Origin: a virus
Strand: one strand, 5' to 3'
IMG/VR virus record: IMGVR_UViG_3300047510_001751
Coordinates: 1-64,000 of that record
DNA length: 64,000 nucleotides
Position numbers and translations under genes: made by a program. The notes below the pieces were generated by a model. The model saw nothing but the letters and a program-made list of their open reading frames with translations. It was not told where the DNA came from and ran no database searches. Shown in pieces: positions 11,901-17,461 of this stretch (positions are counted from its first letter, which is position 1; the number at the start of each line of letters is the position of its first letter).

Positions 11901-13423
11901 GGTCTAACAATAGTTCTACGTAGGTCATAGCCGATTAGAGAGCAACCTCTGGGAACAATAGCACCACCAGTAGAAGCATTAAATTTGTAAAGAACGTTAT
12001 CTGGATTGGAAAGATCAAGAATAGAATTATCTTCCCACTCTTCCAATGCTCTATTGTAATTAAATACTGGAATATCACCAGTAATTTGAATACTAGAAAG
12101 ACTTGTAATATCTCCTTCTGAAATTACAGTGGTAATGATGCTAACAAGAGTATCAATTGTTGATTGTACATCAACACAAGTAGCAGCATTTCCTGATGGA
12201 AGATTTGGAACAATTGCTCCACCAGAGCCATAAGTTGCTGGACCAGCAAGAATATTTAAGTCTTTTGAATAAAGCTGATTGGTTACAGCTTTTTTCATCA
12301 TATCACGAGCAGCATTAAAAGCAAACACAGATTGTGCTTCTTCGCCCAAAAGACCATTAGAAATTGGAAGACCTTCTTTTGTGAAATATGCTTTAGATGC
12401 GGCAACGACATTAGCATTTCCGCCATTAGCGAGGTCAGCAGCAACAGCATCAACAATGTAACCAATGTCACGTTTACACTTAGCTTCCCCAGTACCGATG
12501 GTAGCAACTGTTTCTACAGGAAGATTTTCAAGATTACCAGTATTAATAATACTAGTTACAATTGCTGTAAGAGTGTCAATTGTAGTTTGAATATCAGCAC
12601 AAGAATTTACATTGGTATTTGATCCTGTAAGAGGATCTGCATTGAGCGTTAAATCTTTATAAGTTAGCTGATTGGTTACAGCAGATTTCATCAAATCTCT
12701 TGCTTTATTAAAAGCAGTGATTGACTCTGCTTCTTCTCCCTGAAGACCATTATCAATCCAAGCAGTTCCAGAATTATTGAAGTAATTTTGAAGGAATTTA
12801 CGAGTATAGCGATTACCGCCACCTAGCAATACATCCAAAGATACAGCATCAATAAAAAATCCAATATCACGTTGACATTTAACTGAATCTGGATTTACAA
12901 ATGTAGGATGAGTAATAGCAATTTGAGCAAAAGCTCCACTGATAATTTCTTGACGATTTTTTTGAATTAAACGATATGAGTCAAATCCTCTATTTAAAGG
13001 ACTTTCAATTGGATCTCCAGGTACTACCCAATCAGTTCCCCAAGCAGCTTCGTCATATTGAATAGCAATTTCGCCAAAAGCTCGATCAATAATTTCTTGT
13101 CTATTAGAAATAATTAAAGTTTTAGCGTCAAAATATCTTTGCTTTTCTCCTCGGTCAATTTCAACAAGTCCTGGTCTGTTATCAATAAAGTGATCACCAG
13201 GCATCAACATGATGCTAAATTGGTCAAATCTATCGTTATCTTGTCCTGGCAGATAAGAATAACGGGCTACTTCAAGAAAGGCTCTTTGAATTGTCTTAAA
13301 TGGACGTAAAGGAGAGTTACCTCTATTGTCTAACTCATCTGTAGCATTGAAATCATCTGGAGAAACATAGAGATATTTACCAGTTTTGCTTGAATACAGA
13401 TTATCAAGTCTTGTAAGAGCCAT
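2909..13423 (-). CDS. Giant virion structural protein (3504 aa)
   Basis: N-terminus LYVSPDDFNATD...GNSPLRPFKTIQRA typical of large cyanomyovirus structural proteins; internal C-x-RDIG repeats; late promoter upstream. Confidence 0.8.
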   Translation of the reverse strand: MALTRLDNLYSSKTGKYLYVSPDDFNATDELDNRGNSPLRPFKTIQRAFLEVARYSYLPGQDNDRFDQFSIMLMPGDHFIDNRPGLVEIDRGEKQRYFDAKTLIISNRQEIIDRAFGEIAIQYDEAAWGTDWVVPGDPIESPLNRGFDSYRLIQKNRQEIISGAFAQIAITHPTFVNPDSVKCQRDIGFFIDAVSLDVLLGGGNRYTRKFLQNYFNNSGTAWIDNGLQGEEAESITAFNKARDLMKSAVTNQLTYKDLTLNADPLTGSNTNVNSCADIQTTIDTLTAIVTSIINTGNLENLPVETVATIGTGEAKCKRDIGYIVDAVAADLANGGNANVVAASKAYFTKEGLPISNGLLGEEAQSVFAFNAARDMMKKAVTNQLYSKDLNILAGPATYGSGGAIVPNLPSGNAATCVDVQSTIDTLVSIITTVISEGDITSLSSIQITGDIPVFNYNRALEEWEDNSILDLSNPDNVLYKFNASTGGAIVPRGCSLIGYDLRRTIVRPLYVPDPADGTQERTSIFNLTGGCYIWQFTIKDGDLSENSPLYDSNDRVGKVYFQKGNNTQLAVPEYSHHKITIMTYADLDDLDLYYNKVATAFALFQPTIDDGDLEALPQENRIVGPLSDTRSIVNLRLKQSTNPSKTIIVATTKIAHGYFVNQYVAIVDNGLNDLLNGTFKVTAVDQEDPRVFEYEVATTPAILGLDINETGYSNSSTPSLNLSARSQAEIDSVESASPYVFNCSIRSTWGQCGMWADGSKATGFKSMVVAQYTGVSLQRDDRAFIRYDEFSNTWNQASLTDAFATIPYHTKGDAYWKDDWRNFHIRASDDSFIQCVSVFAVGFFDHFLMESGGDMSITNSNSNFGNTSLHAVGFKGFSFNQDKGGYITDIIPVKEVDDSAFNETELKYYSIALQPSKDVTNQTKLYYGSDDSYSPFDRPSTSISGYRLGAKTDEKIFLKLKSPSGTTENYFSTVTPNGFKRYTVALETLNPDGISIDNRAQDASNIIETNKTFIQQEAYGYILQKYPELTTKTTINISKCERDIGYFVDAVVQDLRLGGNINTIQAAEGYYIGGQLAYIPNELNETIEALDYVKNLCIAAMRNYDYLIRNCITTQGSAIVDIGDTSGILVGMKVTQYDYTIANFTNGKLNPLATPVQINPVIPNNVYVKRIVDSTRIELGNIGSKLDEGLSVPANLNSSSAYLYFQFPKTASIIDSDSNLQGTWAATPAIKDDTLIQDVSTWGPTEGNGYPECSNVANAIQEYFVNIFLILNQGLTPLGGREIDASNLILSNKELIVQEAIDRMLGDNSGFNLSSFYPEFISDVRLFVDAIAYNVKFGGNNDVYDFSREYVLQPNILSGERPQAIQVYVEVRDLAIQAMKNQVITIEGDHNLSQVIDNTVIGDISGEAGVYDPANDCADVASTITTFAGILTQAIGTDADPGDLIGINRTEPEFNNVTRVEPVLDTANLASRSTLFTVNTGGGTSNPHKFETGTAVRLVPKAREGTNPDKRVIRLPRGFETNTIYYVIAPGRATSPEDYSDEVKYPNTFGSDESTKIMLARTKENAAAGIYIYSSETDSIDPDVEIELQQYVLDDTYDLHQYLCNFVTGQTDVIQTDVPHIFDVPSSSDTVHKVFFRTFGDPSESELPQITNAGITEPIDTTTYYYARFVTPKTFALFYSSAEAIAGTPRIIFTPGFGKNFYVFSDKRESPVKFDAALVNSDTTTGQWYINTKNEISNNFNIIKRIQELGDTLKDARSKNTFYKRLKDGRNAQDRIYRLRYVIPEYAQGVRDPLNGFVLKARTDETRKLLPQRIVLSPVASGSPDLAYFEIQVQQPTGGTIAQQLGLPKNELDINFAYDPYNINQVKVVDSDKTQSKVSFSIQSARQVEVEGSNYLELTVFDYGITNDQLRNEKFTTVKINAPQGGSFRFNTLSSVSNNRITWSGFSAGSGYLQGYFNVEDTDEHYLIIKNIDDNKRIEYNSLVDTVFTQPVLDNDGEPVFDGNGNAVVIFATLEAKENSVGSPNNTLSKSDRKDYLYSIKDANVLTMTPGDIIEDDDSTQYRIISVEDAGEIEDSFYIFDIDEIQRRIPNQQAGIYYLTCIKGNVSPYPTGPGVGTNFRNFKFSQPISQLYPLDYKNDPLWFQVRPDGTRDTSITDVPATICAADNFVHGLVTTNDSKNSETKEVVLDFINNPALDRYDYVTNAITAQSGNATSGSEDRLIPISGDSPYPTENRLYVELRRPSIARSGNHTFEYLGFGPGNYSTGFPLRQEVVLSDIQDFYAQSKREDGGIVFYTGLNSNGDLYIGNRKINAITGEETFLEKAELVSSDDEEGDLGGLVTTFELPVVFERDITVDGDANFNNPVTINVEPQEPFALTVVSNLNSAAGEDVTLDSATFALSDIPSEGNIVLSKNNIYSAIFTLNPRGNTALSGQNYSIRTHVDQTNGNVPSNYTPNQELNTLGLNVEFGSVSPIPGDILLKGNQVDKTGSLGWIFSNFYDEVTESVFTVTALGSNVVEFTLQVGVTNADIGIVQGSKLKITGFTGRFANLNGLRTVGTVTTNKFQVTSPFIISTSIDDPTIIPADWKIEISRNSWKEFGVLGAETIRTNTDNYGDFKLGINTLSRAKHGSGGDQLEGFVSEAVDPRANLDVVGNAFISGRTLSTTPNNFIDNPLLANRTFNKVDHAFIVGFDPRVNTPDDEVVLRVASTTAVTASNVGGRIGINTTLAELDRNFVVKGNARITNDLKLESNLAINGGSLTTTSTAFNLIDTVATSVNAFSVAEELNIGNITNEDQTINVGNVSNTQVVNVGRFAPITELWIHSGSTNSLIDIGTVSETNTNTSIIRMGGAYGKLSNVESLFNIKNRFTEIDGNLTIGTYNPPGTGFSEFQVNSRELEMFSRNVSTLDFATSVTRLKIGGAGGFTTINNTLVAENAAEIKGDITLIGGLNAGAFTVRRGSFGTPTTLHSRGNIDNLNVDIFKKVEIERTIDTQGLSLWGGSEYQVNPANPEEYFLPIGEESFNQFGIGDYVLIDRSLQVTGQNTTASPVGEQYSELVQVIELTNLNDISDLPLRIKVRRARNALTGDQLMVSGPNVGSSTGTYRYLRTDHPDNAVLVKYTLANDVSFINEENGLNNPGSGTIQTIQTGVFSGSVISGDILRFSDGELANVNAINQTTNQKFVINDGGNPATEVFVVDSTTGNTDILGTLNVNKTFTLIGSTTTNQERLVITNGTSQRFAVDSATGNTCIFGDLGIGGANCDRFTVQGSTSNTTLRGGNLLITDNNPVDDGDGGLVFGQKLFLQNSTGNLTISGTLSVEGTGLSTFSGDVKINGGDLTVNKIVSDGDGGTLEQKLFEIGNDGSMDFAGVTGFFTPSGARKWVYVSGGEDVIEAVSNVNYFVAPSADTIVKLPQNPTTGDIIRVVDVGGNLTYNISLRFRGPTGVRVQGDSTNSGQGPSIGSTYNGGELVVQSPNAGLGLVYVGALNYDGTTTGAPPSQQGWWLMEI

Positions 13424-13464
13424 AATTACTCAGACCTACTAGTTGTGTGCTTTCTTCTTCAAAG

Positions 13465-13472
13465 TATTTATA
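13465..13472 (-). promoter_or_regulatory. T4-type late promoter TATAAATA
   Basis: Exact TATAAATA about 40 nt upstream of the giant structural gene. Confidence 0.75.
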
Positions 13473-13476
13473 CAAT

Positions 13477-13502
13477 AAAACCCCTCCCGAAGGAGAGGTT
13501 TT
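13477..13502 (-). terminator. Rho-independent terminator after tRNA-Asn
   Basis: AAAACCTCTCC-TTCG-GGAGGGGTTTT hairpin with T tail. Confidence 0.75.
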
Positions 13503-13543
13503 AAGGCACACGGAAGGGGTTTGGATCATGGCAGTATCGCCAA

Positions 13544-13615
13544 CTGGGGCGGCGGGATTCGAACCTGCAACCGATCGGTTAACAGCCGATAGCTCTGCCG
13601 TTGAGCTACACCCCA
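13544..13615 (-). tRNA. tRNA-Asn(GTT)
   Basis: Cloverleaf; anticodon arm ATCGG-CTGTTAA-CCGAT; T-loop TTCGAAT. Confidence 0.95.
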
Positions 13616-14041
13616 TTAAGTTAAATATGATCCTTGTAAATATTTGAGAGCTTTTTCAACACCTTCAACAGTATCACCAAGTCTCCCAATACCCACATTA
13701 CAGTTATCACAAATAAATCCACGAATAGTTTGGGTGTTATGAATATGGTCACAAACTAATTTTAGATCAGTTCTGCCACAGCAAGAACAAGGAGTTCCTA
13801 CTGGAGGAGTTTTAATTTTAAATATGCTCATTAATTTACGAGCAGCTTTATTATATTTTTTCCCAACAGAACTTCTACACACTTTACACACTGATCGAAG
13901 GTCTCCTTTAGACCCCCGATTTACATGATAATAATCTTTATTGAAGGGTTTTTCAATTCCACAACAAGCACATGCTTTTCTGATTTGTTGGGACAATTCA
14001 GATTTTTCATTAAAAAGAATTTCAATAACAGATGCAGACAT
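13616..14041 (-). CDS. Endonuclease VII-like free-standing homing endonuclease
   Basis: CSCCG...LVCDHIH...IRGFICDNCNVGIG motif; N-terminal CxxC/CxxC; stop abuts tRNA-Asn. Confidence 0.8.
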   Translation of the reverse strand: MSASVIEILFNEKSELSQQIRKACACCGIEKPFNKDYYHVNRGSKGDLRSVCKVCRSSVGKKYNKAARKLMSIFKIKTPPVGTPCSCCGRTDLKLVCDHIHNTQTIRGFICDNCNVGIGRLGDTVEGVEKALKYLQGSYLT

Positions 14042-14043
14042 AA

Positions 14044-14187
14044 CTAAAATACTTCTTTAGATTTAATTTTTACCCAATTGAGTAAATTCAAATATTGAAA
14101 CTTATCGTCGGTTTCCTCCTTTGTTTGAATTAGGGTTTCAAGTGCTTCGATAACCATTTCGTGATCTTTTTTAGATAAAAGAGTCAT
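14044..14187 (-). CDS. Small hypothetical protein (47 aa)
   Basis: MTLLSKKDHEMVIEALETLIQTKEETDDKFQYLNLLNWVKIKSKEVF; fills the gap and is coupled to the next ATG. Confidence 0.65.
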   Translation of the reverse strand: MTLLSKKDHEMVIEALETLIQTKEETDDKFQYLNLLNWVKIKSKEVF

Positions 14188-14225
14188 TTGTTTACCCTCG
14201 ACTTTTTTGACGATTTTTTGGCGGG

Positions 14226-14265
14226 GAATTTTTTCCCGATTTCATGGATTTAGTTTTTCAATTTC
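14226..14265. repeat. 40-bp direct repeat, copy 1
   Basis: gaattttttcccgatttcatggatttagtttttcaatttc; 38/40 identical to 17422-17461. Confidence 0.9.
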
Positions 14266-14281
14266 GGATTATAGAATCCGA

Positions 14282-14363
14282 TGTCGATGAGAGGACTTGA
14301 ACCTCCACGTCCGAAGACACTGGAACCTAAACCCAGTGCGTCTACCAATTCCGCCACATCGAC
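14282..14363 (-). tRNA. tRNA-Leu(TAG)
   Basis: Cloverleaf with long variable arm; anticodon loop TTTAGGT. Confidence 0.93.
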
Positions 14364-14406
14364 ATAACCACCACGGCATTCTGGTTTATCTTTCCAGCGC
14401 AAATGA

Positions 14407-14483
14407 TGGTTCCTCTGTCTGGGAATTGAACCCAGTTTCCAACTCCCTTGTCGGGGTGTCCTTACCAATAGACTACCAGAGGA
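14407..14483 (-). ncRNA. tRNA-like RNA with aberrant anticodon arm and encoded CCA
   Basis: TCCTCTG/CAGAGGA acceptor + A + CCA; D-arm with GG; T-arm CTGGG-TTCAATT-CCCAG; no canonical 7-nt anticodon loop. Confidence 0.75.
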
Positions 14484-14484
14484 T

Positions 14485-14545
14485 TGGTGAGTCGGATATG
14501 ATGATCCCGACTCGTATGAAAGATCCGAACATTTCCAGACCTTTC
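14485..14545 (-). ncRNA. Two-hairpin RNA ending in a minihelix-ACCA
   Basis: GAAAGGTC/GATCTTTC hairpin then GAGTCGG/CCGACTC + ACCA; packed between tRNA-Thr and the tRNA-like RNA. Confidence 0.55.
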
Positions 14546-14547
14546 AA

Positions 14548-14621
14548 AGCCCAAGGTCGGACTCGAACCGACGACCTACGCTTTACAAAAGCGTTGCTCT
14601 ATCCAACTGAGCTACTGAGGC
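14548..14621 (-). tRNA. tRNA-Thr(TGT)
   Basis: Cloverleaf; ACGCT-TTTGTAA-AGCGT anticodon arm. Confidence 0.95.
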
Positions 14622-15136
14622 ATTCTAGCAAATTCAAACCTACCATATTTAGATCCCCAAAGCTGATGTTTATGTTCAGCACAGAATCCACGGTCCATAA
14701 CATAATAATGAGTTGGAGTCAACTCAATTTGATTTTGAAGATAAGTCTCTCGACCCATCCAGTCTACCATACAATCACAACCTTGTATACCCCCGACAAA
14801 TGACTGACCTTGTTGAGTGAGAACTACATCACAGCCAGACTTTAATTTTAGCACATCCTTGTCAATGTTGTCAAGGTGTTTAAATCCAAGATAAGTTTCT
14901 TTATTTTGGATTTCATAATTATAAATTCTAATTTGGTTATTTTCTTGAATTGGTTCAAGAACAAATTGCCTGTATGGTTTATTTAATTGATAATTGTATG
15001 CTTGTTCGCCATAAATTAATCCTTCACCCAAATTTACATGAGTAACTCTAATGTAGGCGTACTTACTTGGGTGAGAAAATGCTTGAATTTTATTTTCAAA
15101 TCTTCCTTCAATTAATCTAAAAAATTCATTAATCAT
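14612..15136 (-). CDS. cpeT: CpcT/CpeT-family phycobilin lyase
   Basis: GRFENKIQAFSHPSKYAYIRV...YGEQAY...PYRQ...GCD...C...Y...DRG...WGS family pattern. Confidence 0.85.
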   Translation of the reverse strand: MINEFFRLIEGRFENKIQAFSHPSKYAYIRVTHVNLGEGLIYGEQAYNYQLNKPYRQFVLEPIQENNQIRIYNYEIQNKETYLGFKHLDNIDKDVLKLKSGCDVVLTQQGQSFVGGIQGCDCMVDWMGRETYLQNQIELTPTHYYVMDRGFCAEHKHQLWGSKYGRFEFARMPQ

Positions 15137-15395
15137 CTTTTGGCAGTAATTCAGGATTTTCTAATTCAAGTTCAAACATTAATGGATGTACTTCTTCTAG
15201 TATCAAATAGTTAGACCATACATAAAGATCTTCATCATCAAAATCTCTATTACTAAGAGCTTCTGTTTGAATGCCTGGGTGATCTTGAACTATTTGTGGA
15301 AGTTCATCAAAGGTATATGGCATACCTTGAATGAAATACATACGAACTACCTCGCCCATATAAAAGCAATATGATTGAGATAGTGTGTATTTCAT
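15129..15395 (-). CDS. Hypothetical protein
   Basis: 88-aa ORF coupled to cpeT by overlap. Confidence 0.75.
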   Translation of the reverse strand: MKYTLSQSYCFYMGEVVRMYFIQGMPYTFDELPQIVQDHPGIQTEALSNRDFDDEDLYVWSNYLILEEVHPLMFELELENPELLPKDD

Positions 15396-15426
15396 TACTT
15401 TTTTCCACTCAATTTATTTAGTGGAA

Positions 15427-15499
15427 TACCCGTGGTCAGATTCGAACTGACCCTGGAAGCATTTTAAGTGCTCTGTCTCTGCCGCTGGACTACACGGGC
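15427..15499 (-). tRNA. tRNA-Leu(TAA), short variable loop
   Basis: Cloverleaf; GAGCA-CTTAAAA-TGCTT; 73 nt, no long variable arm. Confidence 0.85.
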
Positions 15500-15513
15500 A
15501 TGTGTATGAGACA

Positions 15514-15542
15514 ATCATAGCAGGTTTTGCTGAGATTGTCAA
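15514..15542 (-). promoter_or_regulatory. Sigma70-type early promoter
   Basis: TTGACA-N17-TATGAT upstream of tRNA-Leu(TAA). Confidence 0.8.
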
Positions 15543-15543
15543 G

Positions 15544-15616
15544 TGCTGGTTGTGGGGATCGAACCCACCTGTCTTGCCTTATGAGGGCAGTGCTTTCTCC
15601 AGAGAGCTAAACCAGC
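15544..15616 (-). tRNA. tRNA with CAT anticodon (Met or lysidine-type Ile2)
   Basis: Cloverleaf; TGCC-CTCATAA-GGCA; atypical D-loop. Confidence 0.85.
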
Positions 15617-16065
15617 GTTTGTAAAAACTCTCCCCAACTATCACCATAATGTAAGATATGGTGACAATTATGACAAAGAAGATCACATTTGTCAACTTCT
15701 TCTTTAATGGTTTCCCATTTTCTATTAGCAAAAGATCTTCCATCAAGTTTTAATTCTTTTTGAGATGGGTCTCTGTGGTGAAAACATAGAGTTGCTGGTC
15801 TATCTTCGCCACATTTTTCACATTTGCCACCTTTATATTGAAGGGCTTTCCATTTATTAGAATAACCTCTTGCTTTTTGTTCAGTATAAGTGTCTCGGTT
15901 TATTGTAACTGGGTCATTTTTATAACGCCATTTTTGCCTACAAGCATTACTACACCATTTTTTTAGTCGTCCTTTTGTCATTCTCTCATTAAGAATGTCA
16001 CATCCACAACCTTGACAAGTAGTAATATTAGTATCCATAATGGTGTTATGAAGATATACATACAC
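15607..16065 (-). CDS. HNH homing endonuclease
   Basis: GGKCEKCG...LCFHHRDP...KCDLLCHNCH; TATAAATA at 16067-16074; true start may be Met at 16038. Confidence 0.85.
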   Translation of the reverse strand: MYVYLHNTIMDTNITTCQGCGCDILNERMTKGRLKKWCSNACRQKWRYKNDPVTINRDTYTEQKARGYSNKWKALQYKGGKCEKCGEDRPATLCFHHRDPSQKELKLDGRSFANRKWETIKEEVDKCDLLCHNCHHILHYGDSWGEFLQTLV

Positions 16066-16090
16066 CTATTTATACAACAAGTGTATGTAA

Positions 16091-16162
16091 TGGGAATACT
16101 GGGAGTTGAACCCAGACTAAGCCCTTATAAGGAGCCCGCTCTAACCATTAAGCTATACTCCC
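16091..16162 (-). tRNA. tRNA-Ile(TAT)
   Basis: Cloverleaf; GGCTC-CTTATAA-GGGCT anticodon arm. Confidence 0.88.
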
Positions 16163-16195
16163 ATGAAATGAAGTGATTATATCAATTTAATGGCT

Positions 16196-16774
16196 TCATA
16201 TTCGTCCTGTTGCTTTCGATAGCCAATTTAAATTAAGAACTAACCTATGAGAAGTGTTTGTCGAAGAAACTCCTGTGTGAAGCATGTTATTCGGAAACAC
16301 ACAAATTCTATTTTCTATAGATTTTACTATAGTACCGTCAGAAAATTCTGTAAACCCATTATTGGTATTAATGTAATAAATTGCCGTCATTCCTTTTCCC
16401 AAAAAAGAGTTAGATACATCTACATGAAACCCTGCTTTATTAAAGCGTCCTGTGTTGGGGGTTAAATTAATTTGTGCTCTCAATAAAGAAGATATTTGTA
16501 GTTTATCTACAATTGGCTCTATTATAGGATAGTATTCATTTCTTGTAACATCATGTGATACTTGAGTATCTTCAATATAGCGGTGATGAACACTAACTAG
16601 TTTATGTACAAAATGTAAATTACTATTTGGATTTCCTACATAAAGATTATTTGGTAAAATAGTTCCTCTATTCCAAGGAAATTTAGAGCTGTTTGTAGTA
16701 TTTAAAATATTTAAATGCTGAGAGGCTTCTAAAAAATTATCGATCGTTGTTATACTATCTACATATAACATCAA
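16196..16774 (-). CDS. 2OG-Fe(II) oxygenase family protein
   Basis: FHVD...TAIYYINTNNGFTEF...NRICVFP...HTG...RLVLNLN (HxD...H...R). Confidence 0.85.
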   Translation of the reverse strand: MMLYVDSITTIDNFLEASQHLNILNTTNSSKFPWNRGTILPNNLYVGNPNSNLHFVHKLVSVHHRYIEDTQVSHDVTRNEYYPIIEPIVDKLQISSLLRAQINLTPNTGRFNKAGFHVDVSNSFLGKGMTAIYYINTNNGFTEFSDGTIVKSIENRICVFPNNMLHTGVSSTNTSHRLVLNLNWLSKATGRI

Positions 16775-16883
16775 ATTTTTTCTTCATTTGTTTTACACGT
16801 TTTTTAGCAGCTCGTAAAGCCTGAGGTTTAAGAGTCCTCTTTTGTTCTTTGCTGCTGTGATGTTGCCAGTTTGGAACAGTCAT
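16755..16883 (-). CDS. Small basic hypothetical protein (42 aa)
   Basis: MTVPNWQHHSSKEQKRTLKPQALRAAKKR...; directly behind a dual promoter. Confidence 0.65.
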   Translation of the reverse strand: MTVPNWQHHSSKEQKRTLKPQALRAAKKRVKQMKKKFDVICR

Positions 16884-16904
16884 TGGATTTCTTTGACCTG
16901 TGTG

Positions 16905-16938
16905 TATTTATAGTACCACCTACAGGTGAGCTTGTCAA
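16905..16938 (-). promoter_or_regulatory. Overlapping early (TTGACA-N17-TACTAT) and late (TATAAATA) promoters
   Basis: Both motifs read directly from sequence. Confidence 0.75.
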
Positions 16939-16951
16939 GCCGATTGTGCCA

Positions 16952-17272
16952 CTAGTCTCTTTGTCTCCAGTCATCAGGCTTATCCTTGGTCCACCAATCA
17001 ACCATATCATCAATACTATCGAAACCACTCTTACCAAACCGTTCGTGTCCAGTGCCACCTATATCAAGTTGGTTTAAAAAATCATCCATATCTCCCTCCA
17101 CCATATGTGGATTTTCTGCTGTTCGTCTCGCCTGTCTCAACATAGTACCAGCAGTTCGATTAGCTTTGGCTAATTTTTCTGCCCATATCATTTCTTCCAA
17201 GCTCACTTCTTCATGTTGAGCGATCTTGTTACAGATACCTTCTAAACGTAGACGATATTGTGTAGACAGCAT
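16952..17272 (-). CDS. Conserved cyanophage hypothetical protein
   Basis: MLSTQYRLRLEGIC...; promoter upstream. Confidence 0.8.
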   Translation of the reverse strand: MLSTQYRLRLEGICNKIAQHEEVSLEEMIWAEKLAKANRTAGTMLRQARRTAENPHMVEGDMDDFLNQLDIGGTGHERFGKSGFDSIDDMVDWWTKDKPDDWRQRD

Positions 17273-17325
17273 GTATATTCTCCATATAGAATTATTTATT
17301 AGGACCCTTAACCCCTGACAGAGCT

Positions 17326-17354
17326 ATCATACTGAGGTTTTGGGAAATTGTCAA
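17326..17354 (-). promoter_or_regulatory. Sigma70-type early promoter
   Basis: TTGACA-N17-TATGAT. Confidence 0.75.
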
Positions 17355-17421
17355 GGGTATTGACTTTAAAAGCAAAATGGTTTAATATGGTACTCAACTT
17401 TTTTACTCATTTTTACCTGGA

Positions 17422-17461
17422 GAATTTTTTCCCGATTTCGTGGATTTAGTTTTTGAATTTC
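17422..17461. repeat. 40-bp direct repeat, copy 2
   Basis: gaattttttcccgatttcgtggatttagtttttgaatttc; 38/40 to 14226-14265. Confidence 0.9.

Noticed and set aside
3351-12622. Many short ORFs within the giant gene
   Set aside because: Antisense or alternate-frame shadows of a 3504-aa ORF with no family motifs.
13503-13543. Short GC-rich spacer between tRNA-Asn and its terminator as an ncRNA
   Set aside because: Only a 3-4 bp hairpin; too little structure to support a call.
14250-14803. ORFs 14250-14468 (-) and 14297-14803 (+)
   Set aside because: They run through tRNA and ncRNA genes; the RNA structures explain the sequence.
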